Below, piece after piece: positions 1-9,760 of a stretch of 64,000 nucleotides of DNA. The stretch is from assembly GCA_963751455.1 (NCBI GenBank), contig CAVVUN010000015.1, positions 640,001-704,000 on the forward strand. Direction: 5' to 3'. The position numbers and the translations under genes were made by a program. This DNA is from Nitrospirota bacterium. Lineage in GTDB: Bacteria; Nitrospirota; UBA9217. The notes below the pieces were generated by a model, which was not told where the DNA came from, made no database searches, and was given only the letters and a program-made list of their open reading frames with translations. How positions within the stretch are numbered: the stretch's first letter is position 1; each line of letters starts with the position of its first letter.

Positions 1-707
1 TGATAGAGGCAAATCTTCGCCTGGTTGTGGCAATCGCGAAAAAGTACGTTAATCGGGGGCTGTCGTTTTCGGACATTATCGCTGAGGGCAATCTCGGGCT
101 GATTCGGGCGGTTGAAAAATTCGATTATCGCAAGGGTTTCAAGCTGAGTACGTATGCTTCGTGGTGGATCAAGCAGTACATAGAACGGGCATTCGTTAAC
201 CAACTGAGCACGATTCGCCTTCCCGTGCATGTGGCGGAAGTAGTCAACCAGTACAAACGAACGACAACGCACCTTACCCAGGACCTGGAACGGGAACCGA
301 CGATGGAGGAAGTGGCCTGGAAAATGAACATCCCGGTTGAAAAGGTGCGCAGCATTTCCCAGGTGGTGCGCGAGACTTTTTCGCTGGACACAATCATCGG
401 CGACAAGGATGAAGATACGCTCGAGGACGTTCTCAAGGACACTGCTGCCGTTTTGCCCGACAGTTATTCCGAAACGATTCGCAGAAAAGATTATATCAAC
501 GAGTGGCTGTCAAGGCTTACTGAATGCGAGCGCCGCGTGATCGAACAGCGATTCGGCCTCAACGACGGTGAACCGAAAACTCTCGACAGCATCGGCAAGG
601 AATACAAAATAACCCGTGAACGCGTCCGGCAGATAGAGAACAAGGCGCTGAACAAGCTGAGAAATATTACGCGGGAAGAGAATATAGCGCTGGAAGGAAT
701 GCTGTAA
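1..707 (+). CDS. RNA polymerase sigma-70 family factor, RpoS/RpoD type (5'-truncated by window edge)
   Basis: The frame is open from the window start ([15 protein letters not shown]). Region 2 motifs [14 protein letters not shown] and [10 protein letters not shown]; region 4 [13 protein letters not shown] rather than ITRA leans towards RpoS. Confidence 0.93.
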   Translation, partial: IEANLRLVVAIAKKYVNRGLSFSDIIAEGNLGLIRAVEKFDYRKGFKLSTYASWWIKQYIERAFVNQLSTIRLPVHVAEVVNQYKRTTTHLTQDLEREPTMEEVAWKMNIPVEKVRSISQVVRETFSLDTIIGDKDEDTLEDVLKDTAAVLPDSYSETIRRKDYINEWLSRLTECERRVIEQRFGLNDGEPKTLDSIGKEYKITRERVRQIENKALNKLRNITREENIALEGML

Positions 708-803
708 TTTCTTTAGTTTGTCTGGCTTGTCCGGTTTTTTTGTCGTTTTGTTGATACAAAACCAAAGAAACTAAAAACCCAAACAAACTGAACAAACTGA
801 ATA
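708..803. repeat. Inverted 9-nt tandem-repeat hairpin (TTTRTYYGG type)
   Basis: Left arm tttctttag/tttgtctgg/cttgtccgg; right arm aaagaaact/aaacaaact/gaacaaact. Same family as 46135-46223 and 49381-49470. Confidence 0.75.
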
Positions 804-820
804 GCGTTTTAAGGAAATAT

Positions 821-1024
821 ATGGCACGGTTTTACGATGGTCCGGAAACGTACTCTCAAAAACTAGACGAACCGAATTCAGCAACCGTGGTCTATTGCAA
901 GATTTTCAGGGACGTTGTCACTGACGCCGTATGCGTGCTGAGAAGACAGAACCTGGCGATGAAGAGTGCTTTTTCCTGCAACGGATGCATCATGAATACT
1001 GCCCTTGACCAGCGTTCATGCTGA
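821..1024 (+). CDS. Small Cys-rich hypothetical protein
   Basis: aagga RBS before ATG; 67 aa with C..C..CxxC..C. Confidence 0.5.
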   Translation: MARFYDGPETYSQKLDEPNSATVVYCKIFRDVVTDAVCVLRRQNLAMKSAFSCNGCIMNTALDQRSC

Positions 1025-1119
1025 CGCCAAGCCGGAAATGAGCACGCCAGTCTGTCTCTCGAACAGCATCACTTCCCTGTCAAAGCCGATTCCGCGAGCT
1101 GTTGAGAAAGGCCGACTCA

Positions 1120-1506
1120 ATGAAAAATATCCTTATCATCGACGATGACGAATTCATATTATTCGGACTTTCAAAAGCTCTCGGCACGTACGCCAGAAAT
1201 TCCGAGGTGCTTACCGCACAGCACGGGAAACAGGCAGTTGAAATTCTCAACTCCCGTCCGGTTGATCTTATCGTTACCGATCTTAAGATGCCGCTCATGA
1301 ATGGCTACGAAGTAGTGGCGTATGCCAACGAGAAGTATCCCCAGATACCGGTTTACGTTATGACCGGCGACTATCTTCCTGACGTCAGGCAGCGGTTCGG
1401 GCCGGCGTCTGTTTTCGGGTTCGTGTCCAAGCCGTTCAGCTTCCGTCAGTTTGCGGCCGATATCTCATCGAAACTCTTTCCCAGTGAGCAGGAAGCCGCA
1501 GTATAA
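1120..1506 (+). CDS. Single-domain response regulator (receiver)
   Basis: ILIIDDD, LIVTDLKMP (phospho-Asp), MTG and KPF motifs. Confidence 0.93.
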   Translation: MKNILIIDDDEFILFGLSKALGTYARNSEVLTAQHGKQAVEILNSRPVDLIVTDLKMPLMNGYEVVAYANEKYPQIPVYVMTGDYLPDVRQRFGPASVFGFVSKPFSFRQFAADISSKLFPSEQEAAV

Positions 1507-1546
1507 ACCCGCTCGTCAATCTCCCTCTTGGCATCACACCTAAACC

Positions 1547-1574
1547 TTGACTTAGCCCCTCATTATGCTATTCT
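1547..1574 (+). promoter_or_regulatory. Putative sigma70 promoter of the pentose-phosphate operon
   Basis: TTGACT-N16-TATTCT with an extended TG. Confidence 0.45.
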
Positions 1575-1700
1575 TTTATCATAAGAGCCCACTCTCTAAA
1601 AAATGAAATGATTCAATACGATATCAAAGAAGCGCTCGACGATTAAAGAAACAGCGGTCACGGCGTCGCGAATGCGGTGAGATAAAGGAAGGCGGACCCA

Positions 1701-2195
1701 GTGCGGCTGGCAATCGCCGCCGACCACGGCGGCTATCTTTTAAAAAATGAAATAGCAAACTTCCTTCGCCGGCAAGGGCATACGGTTAACGACTTGGGCA
1801 CGAACCGGCCGGACTCCGTGGATTACCCGGATTATGCGCGCTCCATCGCGAGCGCAATTCTCGAAGGGAAAACGGACCGGGCCATCTTTATCTGCGGCAG
1901 CGGTGTCGGTGCAGGTATCGCGGTCAATAAATTCCCGGGTATTCGGGCAAGTGTTTGCCACGATTCCTTCTCGGCGCATCAGGGTGTGGAGGATGATGAT
2001 ATGAATGTTCTCTGCCTCGGCGCCCGTGTCGTAGGGCCTGAGCTTGCGAAAGATATCGTTCGCACGTTCCTGACCGCGGTTTTTTCGGGGGCTGAACGGC
2101 ATGTGCGGAGGGTCGGCAAGATAGCGGAGATTGAGAAAGAATTTATGCGCGATCAGCAATCAGCAGTCAGCGGCCACTTGAAAGCCAAGTGCTGA
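1701..2195 (+). CDS. rpiB: Ribose-5-phosphate isomerase B
   Basis: AADHGG, DYPD, ICGSGVG, NVLCLGAR and RHVRR motifs. Confidence 0.96.
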   Translation: MRLAIAADHGGYLLKNEIANFLRRQGHTVNDLGTNRPDSVDYPDYARSIASAILEGKTDRAIFICGSGVGAGIAVNKFPGIRASVCHDSFSAHQGVEDDDMNVLCLGARVVGPELAKDIVRTFLTAVFSGAERHVRRVGKIAEIEKEFMRDQQSAVSGHLKAKC

Positions 2196-2199
2196 CGGC
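2153..2199. repeat. Short heptamer inverted repeat (TCAGCRR) overlapping the rpiB 3' end
   Basis: tcagcaa-tcagcag-tcagcgg ... gctgacggc. Confidence 0.5.
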
Positions 2200-2226
2200 G
2201 CAGAGTTTCTTCACAAAGGAGTTCTC

Positions 2227-3177
2227 ATGAAACTGGGATACATCGGTCTTGGCAAGATGGGCTACAATATGGTGGAACTGCTTCTCGAAAAGCACTACGA
2301 GGTCGTCGTTTACAACAGGAGCGTAGAGCCGGTGAACAGGATAGCCCGGCAGGGCGCCCTCCCTGCTCAGTCGATAGGCGGCCTCATTGCGGCGCTCTCG
2401 GCCCCCCGTCTCGTCTGGCTCATGGTCCCCCATGCTGCGGTGGATACAGTCCTGAAGGAAGTGATACCGCTTCTCTCGACCGGTGATGTCATCATAGACG
2501 GAGGTAACTCTCCATACAAAGAGACGATACGCAGGGCAAAAGAACTCGAAGCAAAGAAGATCGATTTTCTCGATGCGGGCACCAGCGGCGGACCGAACGG
2601 CGCCCGGACCGGGGCGTGCATCATGGTCGGGGGCAAAAAAGAGGTTTTCACCAGGTATGAAAAGCTCTTTCGCGATCTGTCTGCCGAGAACGGTTACGCC
2701 TATTTCGGACAATCCGGCGCCGGCCATTTCGTCAAAATGGTCCATAACGGCATTGAATACGGCATGATGCAGGCCCTTGCCGAAGGATTTTCGATCATGA
2801 AGGAGTCGCCCTTCAAGCTCGATTTGATGAAAATCGCCGACCTTTATAATCACCGGAGTGTCATCGAGTCGCGGCTGGTCGGGTGGTTGAAATCGGCATT
2901 CGCCCAGTACGGGACCGAGCTGAAGGGCATCTCCGGTTCAGTTGCCCAAAGCGGTGAAGGCACGTGGACCGTGGAGGCAGCCAGGGAATTCGGGGTGGCT
3001 GTTTCCGTCATCGAGGCCGCCCTCGAATTCCGTCTTCAGTCTTTGAAAAAGCCAAGCTACGCCGGACAGATCGTATCGGCCCTCCGGAACCAGTTCGGCG
3101 GACACGAAGTAAAAGAGGGAGAAACAGGGAATTCCGCCGTCAAGGGGGAGACAGTTAAAAAAAGCAGAATGGCATGA
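2227..3177 (+). CDS. gnd: 6-phosphogluconate dehydrogenase, decarboxylating (short type)
   Basis: GLGKMG Rossmann motif, IDGGNS, GAGHFVKMVHNGIEY, LRNQFGGH. Confidence 0.96.
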   Translation: MKLGYIGLGKMGYNMVELLLEKHYEVVVYNRSVEPVNRIARQGALPAQSIGGLIAALSAPRLVWLMVPHAAVDTVLKEVIPLLSTGDVIIDGGNSPYKETIRRAKELEAKKIDFLDAGTSGGPNGARTGACIMVGGKKEVFTRYEKLFRDLSAENGYAYFGQSGAGHFVKMVHNGIEYGMMQALAEGFSIMKESPFKLDLMKIADLYNHRSVIESRLVGWLKSAFAQYGTELKGISGSVAQSGEGTWTVEAAREFGVAVSVIEAALEFRLQSLKKPSYAGQIVSALRNQFGGHEVKEGETGNSAVKGETVKKSRMA

Positions 3178-3200
3178 TTTGTACTCAGTTTCAAGTAGCG

Positions 3201-3325
3201 GAGTGTAAGGAGTGTCAGACACTTGAAGTGTCAAAGAGTCAAAGTATCAAAGGATCGATTTGGCGGGCGGCGTCAATCTCGCATTATCACTTTGACACTC
3301 TGATACTCTGATACTTCGGAACTCA
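3201..3325. repeat. Inverted 8-nt tandem-repeat hairpin
   Basis: aagtgtca-aagagtca-aagtatca ... ctttgaca-ctctgata-ctctgata-cttcggaa, between gnd and tal. Confidence 0.8.
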
Positions 3326-3340
3326 AAGATGGTGATTCTC

Positions 3341-4225
3341 ATGAGACCTGAAAATTTAAAAACAAGGATTTTTCTGGACGGGGGGAACCCGGACGAAACC
3401 GCGGAGGTAATGCGGCTTCTCGGTTTTCTCGACGGCCAGACCACGAACCCGACGCTCATTTCAAAACATCCCGCGGCGCGTGAACGGCTGTCCCAGGGGG
3501 GAAGGTTCAGCGAACACGACGTGCTCGATTTTTATCGCGGCGTTGTAAAGACCATTTCCGGCTTAATCCCCGGCGGTTCGGTCTCGGTTGAAGTTTACGC
3601 TGACGCTTCGACCTTGGCTGACAAAATGCTCGAGCAGGGCAGGGAGATGTTTTCCTGGATTCCCAACGCGCATATCAAGTTTCCGACTTCGGAACAGGGC
3701 CTCAAGGCGGCTGAACAGGCCGTCAAGGAAGGACTCCGCGTAAATATGACGCTCTGCTTCTCGCAGGAACAGGCGGCATCGGTGTATGCGGCAACCCTGG
3801 GCGCCCGGAAAGGTCAGGTCTTCGTCTCACCGTTTATCGGGCGGCTCGACGACCGAGGTGAGAAAGGCATGGACCTGATCGCGAATATCGTCTGCATGTA
3901 CGCGCAGGGCGACGGCCACGTTGAAGTCCTGACGGCAAGCGTCAGAAATCTCGACCACCTCCTGTACGCGCTCAAACTGGGGAGCGACATAGTGACCGTT
4001 CCCTTTCAAATTTTGAAGACCTGGGGCGAACAAGGAATGCCGCTGCCCGACAAGGATTACCGGTACGAAGGGAAATCACTCACACCGATTTCGTATAAAG
4101 AGATCGGCCTCGACCGGAAATGGCAGGAGTACGACATCCGGCATGATTTGACCGTCAAAGGGATGGAGCGTTTTTCCGCAGACTGGAACGGGTTGATACT
4201 GTCCGAAAAAAGGAAGATAGCCTGA
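3341..4225 (+). CDS. tal: Transaldolase (Tal/FSA family)
   Basis: IFLD, TTNPTL, HIKFP (Schiff-base Lys), NMTLCFS and SPFIGRLDD. Phe at this position favours transaldolase over FSA. An alternative start lies at 3329. Confidence 0.88.
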   Translation: MRPENLKTRIFLDGGNPDETAEVMRLLGFLDGQTTNPTLISKHPAARERLSQGGRFSEHDVLDFYRGVVKTISGLIPGGSVSVEVYADASTLADKMLEQGREMFSWIPNAHIKFPTSEQGLKAAEQAVKEGLRVNMTLCFSQEQAASVYAATLGARKGQVFVSPFIGRLDDRGEKGMDLIANIVCMYAQGDGHVEVLTASVRNLDHLLYALKLGSDIVTVPFQILKTWGEQGMPLPDKDYRYEGKSLTPISYKEIGLDRKWQEYDIRHDLTVKGMERFSADWNGLILSEKRKIA

Positions 4226-4227
4226 GC

Positions 4228-5793
4228 ATGGTTCGTAATCCCGTTCAAGAGACCCCGGCGCAGATAATGCCCGGGTTCGAGCCGAAATACCGGACAGTCG
4301 AAAACTGCGATATCGAGGTGCCGCCGCCGACTGCGTTGATCATATTCGGGGCATCCGGCGACCTGGCGCACCGGAAACTTCTTCCGTCGCTCTACCGGCT
4401 TTACAAAAGCGGAGTGCTGACGGACGATTTCTTTATACTGGGCACCAGCCGGGTGCGTATGACGACCGAGCAGTTCCGGGCGAGCACACTGGAAGCGGTT
4501 CAGGCAGCCTATCCGTCCGAATTCGACCGAGAGGTCTGGGACACCCTCGCTTCGAAAATCTACTACAGCACCTTCGAGTATGGTAATCCTGCCTCGTATA
4601 CGCGCGATCTTGTCGATATACTTCCGAAACTGGAAACCAGGCACCGGACCAAGGGAAACCGGATTTTTTACCTTGCCATACCTCCGACCGTTTTTCAGGA
4701 GGTAATCCACAACCTGGGGGCGGCGGGTCTTTCGCGGGAGGATAAAGGCTGCAGTCATATCGTCATAGAAAAGCCGTTCGGAAGCGACCTTGCATCGGCC
4801 CGGAAGCTGAACCGCCTGATCCATGCCTATTATAAGGAGAGCCAGATATTCCGTATCGACCACTACCTCGCAAAAGAGACCGTACAGAATATTCTCATGT
4901 TCCGTTTTGCGAACTCGATTTTCGAGCCGCTCTGGAACAGGCGGTACGTCGATCACGTCGAGATAACCGCGGCCGAAACGATAGGCGTGGAACACCGCGC
5001 CGGATACTACGAGGAAGCGGGCGTCATACGGGACATGTTTCAAAACCACATGTTTCAGCTGCTCTGTCTTACTGCGATGGAGCCGCCCGCCGTATTCATA
5101 GCGGACCGTGTTCTGGACGAAAAAGCCAAAGTCCTTCGTTCAATGAGGCGGTTTGCGCTTGACTCGCTCGAGGAGTATCTCGTATTGGGCCAGTATACAG
5201 AGGGAGAGGTCGACGGGAAAAGAGCGCTGTCGTACCGCGAGGAAGAGTCGGTGTCGCCCCAATCTTACACGCCGACTTTTGCTGCAATGAAGATCTATAT
5301 CGACAACTGGCGCTGGCATGGCGTTCCTTTTTACCTCCGCTCCGGCAAACGGCTTGCGAGAAGAAAAACCGAGATATCGATTCACTTTAAGGAAGTGCCG
5401 CATTCCATGTTCCCGGATTCGGTCAGCGGCCCGATTACACCGAACAGCCTGTCTCTGAAAATCCAGCCAGATGAAGGCATGAGCCTTTCATTCCAGACGA
5501 AGCAGCCGGGGACCAAGGTCTGTCTCAACCCGGTGCAGATGACCTATTCGTATCCGCGGGGTGTATTGCTTGACGCATATGAATGGGTGTTGCTCGACTG
5601 TATGCTGGGCGATCACATGCTGTTTATGCGCGAGGACGGTGTGGAACTCGCCTGGTCGGCCTTGACACCGGTTCTTGACGCACTTCAGTCCGGCAAGCGG
5701 GTTCCGCTGCAGTTCTATTCGGCCGGATCGCAAGGGCCCAAGGAAGGCATGAGTTTGATACGGCAAAACGGCCGGTCATGGAGGGAACTGTGA
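4228..5793 (+). CDS. zwf: Glucose-6-phosphate 1-dehydrogenase
   Basis: GASGDLA, IEKPFG, RIDHYLAKE and RWHGVPFYLRSGK. Confidence 0.97.
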   Translation: MVRNPVQETPAQIMPGFEPKYRTVENCDIEVPPPTALIIFGASGDLAHRKLLPSLYRLYKSGVLTDDFFILGTSRVRMTTEQFRASTLEAVQAAYPSEFDREVWDTLASKIYYSTFEYGNPASYTRDLVDILPKLETRHRTKGNRIFYLAIPPTVFQEVIHNLGAAGLSREDKGCSHIVIEKPFGSDLASARKLNRLIHAYYKESQIFRIDHYLAKETVQNILMFRFANSIFEPLWNRRYVDHVEITAAETIGVEHRAGYYEEAGVIRDMFQNHMFQLLCLTAMEPPAVFIADRVLDEKAKVLRSMRRFALDSLEEYLVLGQYTEGEVDGKRALSYREEESVSPQSYTPTFAAMKIYIDNWRWHGVPFYLRSGKRLARRKTEISIHFKEVPHSMFPDSVSGPITPNSLSLKIQPDEGMSLSFQTKQPGTKVCLNPVQMTYSYPRGVLLDAYEWVLLDCMLGDHMLFMREDGVELAWSALTPVLDALQSGKRVPLQFYSAGSQGPKEGMSLIRQNGRSWREL

Positions 5794-6545
5794 CCGTACA
5801 GGCGCGTCCGTGCGTCCGGGTCTTTGATGATATCGGGACGCTGAGCCGCGCTGCTGCGGACTTTTTTCTATTTTGTGCGGGCCGCAGCATTGAGGCGGAA
5901 GGCCGGTTTTCCGTGGCCTTGTCCGGAGGCGCCACACCTGAACGACTGTACTCGCTTCTTGCAGACGCTCCCTTCCGGGAGGCAATTTCGTGGGAACGTG
6001 TGCATTTTTTCTGGTCGGACGAACGATGCGTGCCGCCCGACCATCCCGAAAGCAACTTCCGGCTGGCATATGATACTTTCCTGTCCGGACTTTCTCTGCC
6101 TGGGCCGAATATTCACCGGATACATGGAGAAGAGTCGCCGGCTGCGGCTGCGGCCCTGTATGAAAAGGACGTCAGGGATTATTTCAACGGAATGCCCCGC
6201 TTCGATCTTATTCTGCTCGGCATAGGCAATGACGGTCATACTGCCTCTCTCTTTCCGGCCTCACCTGCCCTCCGGGAAACAACGCGAATGGCTGTTCCCG
6301 TTTACCTCGGACAGGAGAAGAGGGACCGGGTCACGCTGACGGTGCCGGCGCTGAACAATGCGCGCGTGCTGCTCTTCCTCGCTTCAGGAAGCAACAAAGC
6401 TGATGTTGTTTCAGCCGCTCTGGAAGGCGGCGATCGCGGATGCTGCCCTGCCGGTCTCATAGCACCCGCTTTCGGCGAGGTGATCTGGATGGTCGACCGG
6501 GAAGCCGGGAGCAAGCTGCGAAGATCATCGAGGGACGAGGGATGA
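5790..6545 (+). CDS. pgl: 6-phosphogluconolactonase
   Basis: ALSGGATP, DERCVPPDHPESN and LLGIGNDGHTASLFP; GTGA overlap with the zwf stop. Confidence 0.95.
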   Translation: MTVQARPCVRVFDDIGTLSRAAADFFLFCAGRSIEAEGRFSVALSGGATPERLYSLLADAPFREAISWERVHFFWSDERCVPPDHPESNFRLAYDTFLSGLSLPGPNIHRIHGEESPAAAAALYEKDVRDYFNGMPRFDLILLGIGNDGHTASLFPASPALRETTRMAVPVYLGQEKRDRVTLTVPALNNARVLLFLASGSNKADVVSAALEGGDRGCCPAGLIAPAFGEVIWMVDREAGSKLRRSSRDEG

Positions 6546-6610
6546 AGGACGATGCGGGGCACAAAATCGTCCATCGTCCGAGCGAACGAAGTGAGTGGTC
6601 GTCTGTCGTC
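6529..6610. repeat. Inverted heptamer tandem-repeat hairpin (GGACGAN)
   Basis: cgaggga-cgaggga-tgaagga-cgatg ... tcgtcca-tcgtccg...tcgtctg-tcgtc, at the pgl/nitroreductase junction. Confidence 0.7.
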
Positions 6611-6646
6611 ACTCGGTTTTTACTGCGAAGAAAGGAAGGAGCGATC

Positions 6647-7156
6647 ATGGACGCGATGACAGCGCTTTTATCCAGAAGGAGCACGCGCCTATTTACCGCA
6701 AAGACGGTTTCGCCCGATGCAGTCAACGACATCCTGAAAGCCGGCATGTGCGCCCCATCAGCAGGAGACGAGCGGCCTTGGCATTTCATTGTTCTTACCG
6801 ATAAGACACTCCTTCGCGAGATCCCCAAATTTCATCCCTATGCCGGCATGTTAAAGCAGGTGCAGACGGCCATTCTCGTATGCGGGGACCCGGGTCTTCA
6901 AAAACACAAAGGGTATTGGGTGCTGGATTGTGCAGCTGCGACCGAGAATATGCTCCTTGCCGCACACGCAAAGGGCCTGGGATCGGTATGGTGCGGCATC
7001 TACCCGACCGAGGACAGGATTGTCAATTGCAGAAAACTGCTTCACGTGCCGGAGCATGTTGTTCCGTTTTCTCTCTTACCCCTCGGATTCCCGGCCGAGA
7101 ATAAACAGGAAAAGGATCGGTTCGACCCATCACGTGTCCATCAGAACGGATGGTAA
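6647..7156 (+). CDS. Nitroreductase family protein
   Basis: RRSTRLF, APSAGDERPW and NMLLAAHAKGLGSVW; aaggag RBS before ATG 6647. Confidence 0.93.
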   Translation: MDAMTALLSRRSTRLFTAKTVSPDAVNDILKAGMCAPSAGDERPWHFIVLTDKTLLREIPKFHPYAGMLKQVQTAILVCGDPGLQKHKGYWVLDCAAATENMLLAAHAKGLGSVWCGIYPTEDRIVNCRKLLHVPEHVVPFSLLPLGFPAENKQEKDRFDPSRVHQNGW

Positions 7157-7354
7157 TCTACAGCGTTTCGCTCAAACACGGAAGTGACTAAAAGAAAAAT
7201 AAACTTCACAAAAGGCTTTTTATGATCCTTGTTTTCTTTCGTCAGCTCACAAGTTTCAACCTGTGTAATTTGACGTATGGGGATTCCTATAAATATTATT
7301 TTCGTGCGCTGCAAGTTCTCTTGGTTTGTTGCTCTCTTAAAAGGCGTTTGCCCG

Positions 7355-7383
7355 TTGACAAGAACCTGCTACTATGCTATTGT
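7355..7383 (+). promoter_or_regulatory. sigma70 promoter of pal
   Basis: TTGACA-N17-TATTGT with an extended TG. Confidence 0.6.
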
Positions 7384-7457
7384 TAAAAACGGCAACCATT
7401 CAATTGCTTATCTAATTCTCCCCATATCAAAATGACAATGTAACCAGGAGGCGTACC

Positions 7458-8006
7458 ATGAATATCAGAAGGTTATTTTTGTTCGTACTTGTTTTATCCG
7501 CAAGTGTGTTCGTTCTGTGGGGTTGTCCCAAAAAAACAGAAGTGGCCACGACACCTGAAGAGCAAGCGCCGGCCGCCGTAGAGGAGCAAAAGAAACCGGA
7601 AGCGGCCAAAGAAGAGGCAAAGCCCGCCGAGCCTTCTGAAGAACCAGCTCAGGAAAGGGCAGCTGCCGCAGCGCAGGGTCTTCAGCCGGTGTATTTCGAT
7701 TTCGATCAATCGTTTATTCGCGGCGACGCGAGAGCGGTCCTGAAAGCGAATGCCGACTGGGTTAAAGCAAACCCGAGGGCGAAGGTAAGAATCGAGGGCA
7801 ACTGTGACGAGCGCGGCACGAAAGAGTATAACCAGGCGCTCGGTCAGCGCCGGGCCGCGAGCGCCAAGAAATATCTGACGGATCTCGGAATCTCCGGCAG
7901 CCGCATCTCGCTGATCAGTTACGGCAAGGAAAAGCCGGTATGCACGGAGAACACTGAAGATTGCTGGCAGAAAAACCGGCGGGCCGATTTTGTTCTTGCC
8001 GAGTAG
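7458..8006 (+). CDS. pal: Peptidoglycan-associated lipoprotein
   Basis: Lipobox LWGC; VYFDFD, IEGNCDERGTKEYNQALGQRRA, SYGKEKP and NRRA. Confidence 0.95.
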   Translation: MNIRRLFLFVLVLSASVFVLWGCPKKTEVATTPEEQAPAAVEEQKKPEAAKEEAKPAEPSEEPAQERAAAAAQGLQPVYFDFDQSFIRGDARAVLKANADWVKANPRAKVRIEGNCDERGTKEYNQALGQRRAASAKKYLTDLGISGSRISLISYGKEKPVCTENTEDCWQKNRRADFVLAE

Positions 8007-8114
8007 GACCGTGAAGTCATGGGAGAGGGGAAACGCGGTGGGTTTCTTTTTTTCTGTTTTCCGTTTAGCGGGTCCCCATTCTTGCTTCCATACGGACCCG
8101 TTTGAAAGAATCAC

Positions 8115-8948
8115 ATGACGAACTTATATTCGCTCATAATTGCAGCAGGCCTTGTCCTGGCGGCGTGCGCGCCCCAAGCCGAGCTGATGAAGACACAGAC
8201 GGACGTTTCCGACCTGCGTTCGGAATTAAAAACGTCCAGGATGAGGGTTCAGGAACTCCAGAAGAAAATCGATGCGATTGATACCAATGTAAAAGGCACC
8301 GTAGACGTGCAGAAGGTGATGGCCGATTACGGCGCTAAATCGGAGCAGCTCCTTACCGACATCCAACTGCTCCAGGGCAAGATCGAGGAGAATAATTTCC
8401 GCATTGCGGATCTCTCCCTGAAATTGGATGACAAGAGCTTCAAGATAACTGAATTGTCGGGTCGGGTGGAGGAACTGGAGTCCAGAGTTCGCTCATTGTC
8501 CACAGGTACCGGTGCCCGGGCAGAACCCGGAACGGCCGAGCAGAAGGACAAAAAGCAGGTTTCCAAGCCGCTTGAGCCATCCGAGGTTTACCGCCAGGCA
8601 AAGAACGACTATGACAGAGGGAATTTCGATCTCGCTCTTGCAGGGTTCCAGAACTATATCGCTCAATTCCCGGATGCCAGCCAAGCCGACAGCGCCCAAT
8701 ACTGGATCGCCGAATGCTATTACTCAGTAAAGGATTATGATAAAGCCATCGAAGCGTATTCAAAACTGGTCAAGACCTACCCCAAAAGCGAAAAGACCGC
8801 CGGAGCAAAGCTCAAAATCGGATATTCTTATTTAAATGATAATCAGAAAACGAAGGCTAAGGAATGGTTAAACAGAGTCATCAAGGAATACCCCGGAACC
8901 AGGGAGGCTGAACTCGCAAAAGAAAGACTGAAGAAGATCGGGAAATAA
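8115..8948 (+). CDS. cpoB: Tol-Pal system coiled-coil/TPR lipoprotein YbgF/CpoB
   Basis: Lipobox LAAC, coiled coil, TPR AQYWIAECYY; directly follows pal. Confidence 0.9.
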   Translation: MTNLYSLIIAAGLVLAACAPQAELMKTQTDVSDLRSELKTSRMRVQELQKKIDAIDTNVKGTVDVQKVMADYGAKSEQLLTDIQLLQGKIEENNFRIADLSLKLDDKSFKITELSGRVEELESRVRSLSTGTGARAEPGTAEQKDKKQVSKPLEPSEVYRQAKNDYDRGNFDLALAGFQNYIAQFPDASQADSAQYWIAECYYSVKDYDKAIEAYSKLVKTYPKSEKTAGAKLKIGYSYLNDNQKTKAKEWLNRVIKEYPGTREAELAKERLKKIGK

Positions 8949-9065
8949 CAGAATCATTGCAAATTGATGTTTTTTCTCTCGTTTTAATCCTGCCTTTTTC
9001 TCCAAAATTGCCGCGCTGCATGCCAAATTATCTTTTTTAATCAATAAGTAAAAATAGTTTAGCTG

Positions 9066-9094
9066 TTGACTGGATCAACCTTTCGTGTTATAAA
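9066..9094 (+). promoter_or_regulatory. sigma70 promoter upstream of the polysaccharide-associated genes
   Basis: TTGACT-N17-TATAAA with an extended TG. Confidence 0.5.
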
Positions 9095-9179
9095 TATATA
9101 TCTTTTTGTGTAATAGATTAACAAAAAGTTGCGGATTTTCCGTAAGAAATCATTTTACTGCATGACGACATTGAGCAAA

Positions 9180-9701
9180 ATGAGACAGCACGAATCTGTA
9201 AATTTCTTTATGTTGCTTTGCCTGGCACTCGCGCTTACCGGCGCCGCGCCTGTTCCTGAACGCGAGGCAGAACCTAAACTGCGGTTTCGGGTAGCGGAGC
9301 AGACAATTAAAGACGCTGAAACCGGGTATGTCTGGCTGCGTGATGCCGATTCTGCCGGCAGCCCTTTGTCCTGGAACCGCGCCCTCGAATATGTTGCGCT
9401 GCTGAACAAGGAAAAGCATGCCGGACACTCCGACTGGAAACTGCCGGACGTGGATGTCATGAACAAGTTTATTGCGGCTGTCAGGGAGGCGGACACAGCC
9501 GGTCCATCAGAAAACAATACCGCAGTTGTTGCCCTGGAACGGATGGGTTTTCGCAACGTGAAGACCGGCGACTATTGGTCCGGTACCACGAGCGTATATA
9601 ATTCTGCAGAAGCCTGGTATATAAGCATGGCGAAACGGAGTAAATCCGTCGGGAACAAATCGCTTTACATGCATGTCTGGCCGGTACGTTATGCACCGTA
9701 G
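9180..9701 (+). CDS. DUF1566 (Lcl C-terminal) domain secreted protein
   Basis: DAETGYVW, LSWNRA, DWKLP, YWSGT and VWPVR. The start is uncertain (9129-9209). Confidence 0.85.
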   Translation: MRQHESVNFFMLLCLALALTGAAPVPEREAEPKLRFRVAEQTIKDAETGYVWLRDADSAGSPLSWNRALEYVALLNKEKHAGHSDWKLPDVDVMNKFIAAVREADTAGPSENNTAVVALERMGFRNVKTGDYWSGTTSVYNSAEAWYISMAKRSKSVGNKSLYMHVWPVRYAP

Positions 9702-9760
9702 GCCAGATCGAAAGCAGTTCACGATCATTCGTTGACAGGGTTCCATCCTTAAGACAAGGG

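Noticed and set aside
1013-1024. Sec readthrough at other Cys-adjacent TGA stops (1022, 2193)
   Set aside because: No domain continuation and no SECIS-like hairpin downstream.
4057-5049. Long antisense ORFs over zwf (similarly over the kinase, cusA and nrdJ)
   Set aside because: Typical shadow ORFs of GC-rich genes, with no protein motifs.
9180-9701. DUF1566 gene as a diversity-generating retroelement target
   Set aside because: No reverse transcriptase and no template repeat of its 3' end were seen in the window.
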